NCBI GenBank assembly: GCA_016207885.1
Contig: JACQZE010000005.1
Coordinates: 197,158-261,157 of the forward strand
Length of the DNA stretch: 64,000 nt
Source of the DNA: Nitrospirota bacterium
Lineage (GTDB): Bacteria; Nitrospirota; Thermodesulfovibrionia; UBA6902
Direction of reading: 5' to 3'
Shown here: in pieces, positions 58,937 through 64,000 of the stretch
Position numbering within the stretch: position 1 is the stretch's first letter
Layout: each line of letters opens with the position of its first letter
The notes under the pieces: model-generated
Told to the model about the DNA's origin: nothing
Databases searched by the model: none
What the model saw: the letters and a program-made list of their open reading frames with translations, nothing else
Position numbers and translations under genes: made by a program

Positions 58937-59962
58937 ATGAAGAAGATAAGGCTTACAGAAAAAGTAAAAGCAGCAGGCTGAGCAGCCAAATTAGGTCCGG
59001 CGGACCTATCCGAAATACTGACAGACCTGCATAAATGCAAGGACCGGAGCGTTGTCGTGGGCCCGGGGGATGACGCAGGCGTATTCCGCTATAAGGACAC
59101 ACTTATGGTGGAGACGGTTGATGTCATCACGCCGATAGTTGACGACCCGTACACCTTCGGGGCGATCTGCGCCGCAAACTCTGTGAGCGATGTTTACGCC
59201 ATGGGAGGCAAACCACTCACCGCTCTTGCCATACTGGGATACGCATCATGCGATTTCGGCCCTGATGTCATAAGAAGCCTCATGAAGGGCGCCATGGACA
59301 AACTTCACGAAGCAGATGTCTGCCTTATCGGAGGCCATAGTATTGAGGACAATGAGATAAAGTTCGGCTTTGCTGTTTCAGGAGTCGTTGAAAAAAATAA
59401 ACTATTGAGAGTAGACGGAGCGTCTGAAGGCGAGATACTCATCCTCACAAAAAAGCTCGGCACAGGCATACTGACCTCAGCGGTGAAACTCAGGAAGATG
59501 AAAGAAGCCGGATTAAAAGATGTTATTGACTCTATGCTAACGCTCAACAAAACCGCTGCAAAGGCTGCTGTTGCCGCAGGGTCTCAGGCTGCTACCGATG
59601 TGACAGGATTCGGTCTGCTCGGGCATGCTTTGAATATGGCGGCAAGCTCTAAAAAGAATCTTGTCATCTCATATGATGATATCCCGTTTATGAATAGAGT
59701 GAAAGAATTTATCGCGGCGGGCGTGATACCTAAAGGCGCGAAAAAGACGCTGGAGTTCTGCAGCAGGAATACAAAGTTCTCTGACAGGCTTTCAGATATC
59801 GACAAGATAGCGCTCTCTGACCCGCAGACCTCAGGCGGCATGCTCATAGCCCTGCCGCAGAAAGGGCTCGCAACATTCAAGAGGCTTATGAAGAAAGAGA
59901 ATGCCCCTTACTGGATAATCGGAGAGGTTGTTAAAGGCAAAGGTGCGGTTATTGTCAGATAA
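58937..59962 (+). CDS. selD: Selenide, water dikinase (selenophosphate synthetase), selenocysteine-containing. The in-frame TGA at 58979-58981 is decoded as Sec.
   Basis: Reading from the ATG at 58937 gives MKKIRLTEKVKAAG-U-AAKLGPADLSEIL..., which aligns with E. coli SelD IRLTQYSHGAGCGCKISP so that U falls on Cys17. Downstream is the PurM fold (VGPGDDAGV...). The ORF track shows only the GTG-initiated C-terminal part. Confidence 0.8.
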
Positions 59963-59984
59963 CGGGCTGGATGAGATCAAAAAG

Positions 59985-60380
59985 ATGATCGCCGACTATA
60001 TGGAGAGCGGTTTTCTTGATAATATCATTGCGATGTTCAGGCAGGACAAAAGCCTGTACATCACCATCGGCGATATACTCGGAGATGAGAGGCTGCGTGT
60101 AAGGATAGGAATGACCGCGCTGGTTGAGGCCCTGATAGATGAAGATTATGTCCACCTCCATGCCGCCATACCAGGGATTGCAGCGCAGCTTAATAATCCA
60201 ATCCCTACCATACGCGGCGACGCAGCACACCTGCTCGGCATCATAGGCCACAAAGATGCCCTTCCTTATTTGTTGAAAGCGCAGGATGAAGGGCACGCCC
60301 ATGTCAAAGAAGTGATCGATGAATCCATAGAGGCGATCAGACAGAACGCGCTTTCTGAAAAGATAATAAACGGCGAATAG
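59985..60380 (+). CDS. HEAT/armadillo-like repeat protein
   Basis: Repeated helical hairpins (DAAHLLGIIGHKDALPYL). The start is uncertain because the ORF-track TTG overlaps the selD end. Confidence 0.4.
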   Translation: MIADYMESGFLDNIIAMFRQDKSLYITIGDILGDERLRVRIGMTALVEALIDEDYVHLHAAIPGIAAQLNNPIPTIRGDAAHLLGIIGHKDALPYLLKAQDEGHAHVKEVIDESIEAIRQNALSEKIINGE

Positions 60381-60398
60381 ATAATTCATATTGCCAAT

Positions 60399-61031
60399 AT
60401 GAAAAAAGCCCTCAAACAGTCAATCGCAATAATCTGCATATTATTTTCAATGGCATTCTGCGCCTCCTCTCAAGCAAATGAGAACGGCCTTTACGATTCT
60501 GAACTGGCAAAGGTCAAGGCATGCGATGAGTCATCTGATTTCACCAAACTGAGGCTCTTATATTCAAAGACATCCAAATATAATCCATATGCTTCTGACC
60601 GTGAAAAAAGCGAAGCGATGTACCAGTCGTTCAATGAAGGGAAGTTTGAAGAAGCCGTCAGCTATGCCAACCTGATCTTAGACAAAAATTATGTCGATCT
60701 TGATGCTCATATATTATTGACATTCGCCTATCAGGAGATCGGCAACGCGGAGAGGTCAGGTTTTCATGACTTTGTAGTTAATGGTTTGCTGAATTCCATA
60801 CTTGCTTCAGGAGACGGTGAGTCCGCTAAGACCGCCTATGTGGTCATCAGCGTAAAAGAAGAATACGCCATCCTGAATCTCCTCGGCCTTCAGGCAGATG
60901 AACAGAGACTGGTCAATCAAGACGGCCACAGCTATGATGTATTCAAAGTCACAGACCTCAAGACCGGGCAGAGTTCAGTATTGTATTTTAACGTGGACAT
61001 TCCCTTGGGCTGGTTGGAGAAGAAGATTTAA
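60399..61031 (+). CDS. Secreted hypothetical protein
   Basis: Signal peptide (IAIICILFSMAFCASSQA). 210 aa. Confidence 0.45.
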   Translation: MKKALKQSIAIICILFSMAFCASSQANENGLYDSELAKVKACDESSDFTKLRLLYSKTSKYNPYASDREKSEAMYQSFNEGKFEEAVSYANLILDKNYVDLDAHILLTFAYQEIGNAERSGFHDFVVNGLLNSILASGDGESAKTAYVVISVKEEYAILNLLGLQADEQRLVNQDGHSYDVFKVTDLKTGQSSVLYFNVDIPLGWLEKKI

Positions 61032-61056
61032 ACTCTTTCTCATTTCATGCGGGTAA

Positions 61057-61758
61057 ATGACTAATGCGATGCTACGGTATAAACAACGAAGGGAAGATAA
61101 CATTAAGAAAGGCGGTGTAGAGATGGCAATGAAGATATTTAACCAACGACAAAATAAACTGATTTTTATTTTATTGATGTTGATGATGGTTGTCCGGGGT
61201 GGGAGTGGATGGGCGGAGGCGCAGAAAGATACACAGGCAAAACAAGATGAGTTGGTATGCGGGGATACGAGGATTGTATCAGAGCTTATATGTCCTGCTG
61301 AAATAGATTCAGTGGATTTTTTTAATAGTTATGAATGCGAACAAAATCTGTTTATAACAAATGAACAAAAATTAAAAACATATATAGAAGGAAGAATTTG
61401 GTCATGGGGATGCGTGGAAGGAAATAAAACTAAATACATTGCTATTACTTATGATACGGGAGGTAATGGTCGTTGTGGCTTTTTTCACTGGACAGATGTA
61501 TATGATTTGAAGGGGGAATTTTTAATGAGTGATTATTTTAAATCTTCTTCTGTCGATGAAGCATTGTGCGCTCTTTCTTATGTTAATGGCTGTGAAGATT
61601 TTAAGAATTTTTGCGAGGGATTAAGCAAATCTGCTGTAAGTAAGATTAAAAACGAGGTTAATAATTGGAAAATAAATAGAGAGAAAATTGAAGAGTTAAT
61701 AGGTAAAGATGAGAAATTCCTAAAACAGCCTAATTATGGTTATAAGAGAGAAGAATAA
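61057..61758 (+). CDS. AT-rich gene encoding a hypothetical Cys-rich secreted or membrane-anchored protein
   Basis: Hydrophobic segment (LIFILLMLMMVV) and eight Cys. The start is probably the internal ATG near 61123. Confidence 0.4.
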   Translation: MTNAMLRYKQRREDNIKKGGVEMAMKIFNQRQNKLIFILLMLMMVVRGGSGWAEAQKDTQAKQDELVCGDTRIVSELICPAEIDSVDFFNSYECEQNLFITNEQKLKTYIEGRIWSWGCVEGNKTKYIAITYDTGGNGRCGFFHWTDVYDLKGEFLMSDYFKSSSVDEALCALSYVNGCEDFKNFCEGLSKSAVSKIKNEVNNWKINREKIEELIGKDEKFLKQPNYGYKREE

Positions 61759-61769
61759 ATTACTGATAC

Positions 61770-62567
61770 TTACTGACTCGTCTCACTTGATGTAGAAATT
61801 TCCACAGCCGGAGCCGCGCCCATCTTGTCAGGATTGATGATCCATATGATACCGAAGCCCTTCTCCTGGTAGATCCTCGCGAGTCCGAGCCTTGATATCT
61901 CAAGCAGCGCGAGGAAGGTCACTATGATCGAGACCTTTGTATAGTCGCCTTCAAAGAGGTCCTGAAACCTTATGCCGTCCTCCTTCTCAAGCCTTTCAAC
62001 GATGAAGTTTATCTTGTCGGAGATCGTGAGCGTCTCTCTGGTTATCTCGCGCATCTCCATAGGCGCGGTCTTAAGCAGCTCCTTGAACGCGGAGATCAGG
62101 TCAAAGACGCTCATCTCATCAAATAGCGGCTCAGGCTCAAAATCAAAATCTTCTTTTTGCGGAAGCGGCCTGTGAAAGACATTCTTCCATGTCTCTTCTC
62201 TCGTTCTCAGATACAATGAAGAGTCTTTGAACGCCTGATACTCCAAAAGCCTCATGACAAGCTCTGACCTCGGGTCTTCAGGCGCTTCGTCAGCTGCCAC
62301 TTCATCAGGAGGCAGCAGCATCTTTGTCTTGATATGGATGAGCGTGGCTGCCATTACCAGGAACTCGCCTGCGATCTCAAGGTTCAGCTCCTTCATGAGG
62401 TCAATATACTCGAGATACTGTTTGGTAATATGAACTATGGGTATATCATAGATATCGATCTTCTCCTCTCTTATCATATGGAGAAGGAGGTCAAGCGGCC
62501 CCTCAAAATCAGGCATCTTAAAGAGGAAATTTTCCTGCTCTTCTGCTTGTAAAATATCTTCGCTCAT
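61770..62567 (-). CDS. scpA: Segregation and condensation protein A
   Basis: ScpA N-terminus (FEGPLDLLLHMIREEKIDIYDIPI). Confidence 0.9.
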   Translation of the reverse strand: MSEDILQAEEQENFLFKMPDFEGPLDLLLHMIREEKIDIYDIPIVHITKQYLEYIDLMKELNLEIAGEFLVMAATLIHIKTKMLLPPDEVAADEAPEDPRSELVMRLLEYQAFKDSSLYLRTREETWKNVFHRPLPQKEDFDFEPEPLFDEMSVFDLISAFKELLKTAPMEMREITRETLTISDKINFIVERLEKEDGIRFQDLFEGDYTKVSIIVTFLALLEISRLGLARIYQEKGFGIIWIINPDKMGAAPAVEISTSSETSQ

Positions 62568-62724
62568 TTCGGAGGTTATTATAACACGGAATATATTTTT
62601 TTCTTGACTTTTTTGGCCGATTTTCTGTTCAGATCAAAGATTAATTTTCATAGAGAAATCTTAATAAAAAATGCTTGCCTATGCATGTTGTTATCGTATA
62701 TAATACTTAACCTTTCTTCGGGCT

Positions 62725-62755
62725 TTATCAACAAGTTATTCACAATTGTTGATAA
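62725..62755 (+). promoter_or_regulatory. Cluster of DnaA-box-like 9-mers upstream of dnaA (TTATCAACA, TTATTCACA, TGTTGATAA)
   Basis: Each differs from the consensus TTATCCACA by one base. They sit in an AT-rich scpA-dnaA intergenic region, about 50-80 bp upstream of the dnaA ATG. Confidence 0.5.
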
Positions 62756-62806
62756 CTATTATTTTAATTGCGTTAAGGAACCCTTTCATTGCATTTAGAA
62801 AAAGAG

Positions 62807-64000
62807 ATGGACATACAGGAAACCTGGGACAAAACCCTTGAAACTATTCAGGAAAAGATCGGCAGCCAGACCTTTGACCTGTGGTTCAGGCCGATCAAAT
62901 TCTTATCACTGAAAGACCAGCAGCTGGCCCTTGAGGTCCCTAACAAGTTCTTTAAGGAATGGATAGAAGACCACTTCCCCATGCTTATCTCAACAACTTT
63001 TTCAGGACTGCTGAAAGAGAACGTCTCTGTCAAGTACAAAGTCACTGAAAAAAAAGAGAGCATTGTGCTGAAAAAGGTGGAGATAAAACAGGAGAACAGA
63101 AGGGTCAAGCTGGCAAAACGCGGCATCTTTCTTAACCCGAAGTTCACTTTTGAATCTTATGTTGTAGGGCCGAGCAACCAGTTTGCCCATGCCGCTGCCC
63201 ATGCTGTAGCCGATTCGCCGGGCAATGCGTATAACCCCCTCTTCATATACGGAGGCGTCGGCCTCGGCAAGACCCATCTGATGAACGCTATCGGCAATAA
63301 CATCATAGACAAGAACCCGGACATAAAGCTCATGTACGCGCGGGCTGAACAATTCACCAATGAATTCATGAACTCCATACGGAACAAAAAGATGGAGAGC
63401 TTCAAGGAGAAGTTCAGAACTTTCGATGTCCTTCTCATTGATGATATCCAGTTCATAGCCGGAAAGACCGCCACACAGGACGAACTCTTTCATACATTTA
63501 ATTCACTGTACGACAGGCATAAGCAGATCATATTCTCAAGCGACAGGTCTCCGAGAGACATATCAGAGATCACCGAGAGGCTCAGGTCAAGGTTCGGCAT
63601 GGGGCTTATCGCGGATATCCAGCCCCCTGAGGTAGAGACAAAGATGGCGATACTCGGAAAGAAGTCCGAACTTGAAGGCATACATCTTCCGGAAGACGTC
63701 TCAGTGCTGCTTGCGACCAGGATAAAATCCAATGTCAGGGATCTTGAGGCCGCGATGATAAGGCTCGGGGCACACTCGTCGCTGTCAGGCAGGGAGATAA
63801 CAGTGGAGATGGCAAGGGCCATACTCAAGGACATGATCCATGATGAAGAAAAGGCGCTGACAGTCGAGCATATCCAGAAGATAGTCTGCGAATATTACGG
63901 TTTAAAGCTGCCGGATATCAAGGCTAAAAAGAGGACAAGGGACATCGCCTTCCCGAGGCAGATAGCTATGCATCTGTGCAAGACCATGACCCACTCGTCC
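62807..64000 (+). CDS. dnaA: Chromosomal replication initiator DnaA (N-terminal ~400 aa; continues past the window end)
   Basis: MDIQETWDKTLETIQEKIG..., Walker A (GGVGLGKTHL) and sensor motifs. It is absent from the ORF track because it has no stop within the window. Confidence 0.9.
   Translation, partial: MDIQETWDKTLETIQEKIGSQTFDLWFRPIKFLSLKDQQLALEVPNKFFKEWIEDHFPMLISTTFSGLLKENVSVKYKVTEKKESIVLKKVEIKQENRRVKLAKRGIFLNPKFTFESYVVGPSNQFAHAAAHAVADSPGNAYNPLFIYGGVGLGKTHLMNAIGNNIIDKNPDIKLMYARAEQFTNEFMNSIRNKKMESFKEKFRTFDVLLIDDIQFIAGKTATQDELFHTFNSLYDRHKQIIFSSDRSPRDISEITERLRSRFGMGLIADIQPPEVETKMAILGKKSELEGIHLPEDVSVLLATRIKSNVRDLEAAMIRLGAHSSLSGREITVEMARAILKDMIHDEEKALTVEHIQKIVCEYYGLKLPDIKAKKRTRDIAFPRQIAMHLCKTMTHSS

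Noticed and set aside
59928-59984. TTG-initiated N-terminal extension of the HEAT-repeat ORF overlapping the selD 3' end
   Set aside because: The extension lies in the selD coding region with no RBS. An internal ATG at 59985 is the more likely start.
63002-63834. Minus-strand ORFs of 163, 105 and 114 aa at the window end
   Set aside because: They are antisense to dnaA, whose forward-strand translation is unambiguous.
1-64000. tRNA/rRNA genes, transposases or integrases
   Set aside because: By eye I saw no T-loop-like GTTCGAATC motifs, rRNA-like stretches, or DDE, tyrosine or serine recombinase ORFs. The accessory regions lack recognisable mobility genes, so no mobile_element feature is called.

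Overview
The window is chromosomal and origin-proximal: dnaA runs off the 3' end, with scpA and DnaA-box-like sites just upstream. Codon usage (frequent AGG, AGA and ATA) suggests a Nitrospirota- or Deltaproteobacteria-like anaerobe. No tools were run, so every call rests on reading the six-frame translations and the raw sequence.

The first ~31 kb is housekeeping. It holds a truncated site-2 protease, thiL, lon, galU, a pheA-hisC-aroF-tyrA-aroA aromatic supraoperon, and the conserved cmk-plsC-ispH-rpsA-sppA-ihfB block. It also holds a cobA/hemD fusion, a large hybrid histidine kinase with a GGDEF response regulator, and manC. A Fic gene and a YtxG/YtxH-like pair sit between aroA and cmk. A DUF4160/DUF2442 pair follows ihfB.

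From 31 kb onward the region is mosaic. It contains a divergent ribosomal protein S11 paralog. Two diverged DinD/Bro-N paralogs (32.4 kb and 47.6 kb) keep identical promoters. Between them sit tyrS, a RACo-like ferredoxin-ASKHA protein, hemB, alaS, a phasin, ubiB and a degenerate HEPN protein. Between hemB and alaS lies a visibly AT-rich module. It has an XRE HTH plus an ImmA/IrrE metallopeptidase, resembling the CapH/CapP defence regulators. This pair is transcribed divergently from a three-gene operon. That operon encodes a 57-aa basic protein, a 97-aa beta-grasp protein that lacks a C-terminal GG, and a 450-aa protein. The 450-aa protein fuses an N-terminal alpha/beta domain bearing an 'HPC' motif to an M48-like HExxH...ExxAD metalloprotease. 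I consider this the best candidate for an undescribed, probably defence-related, system.

The second DinD paralog ends 11 bp before a complete type I-C CRISPR-Cas locus (cas3-cas5-cas8c-cas7-cas4-cas1-cas2 plus five identical 33-bp repeats). The array carries an internal 83-bp duplicate of its own trailer. Downstream are a dihaem cytochrome c, an MFS transporter, and a selenocysteine-containing selD with an in-frame UGA and an adjacent hairpin.

A palindromic 23-bp-arm repeat family (GTCATTCCGGCTTGTCCGGAATC) recurs at three intergenic sites. No tRNA, rRNA, transposase or integrase was recognised.
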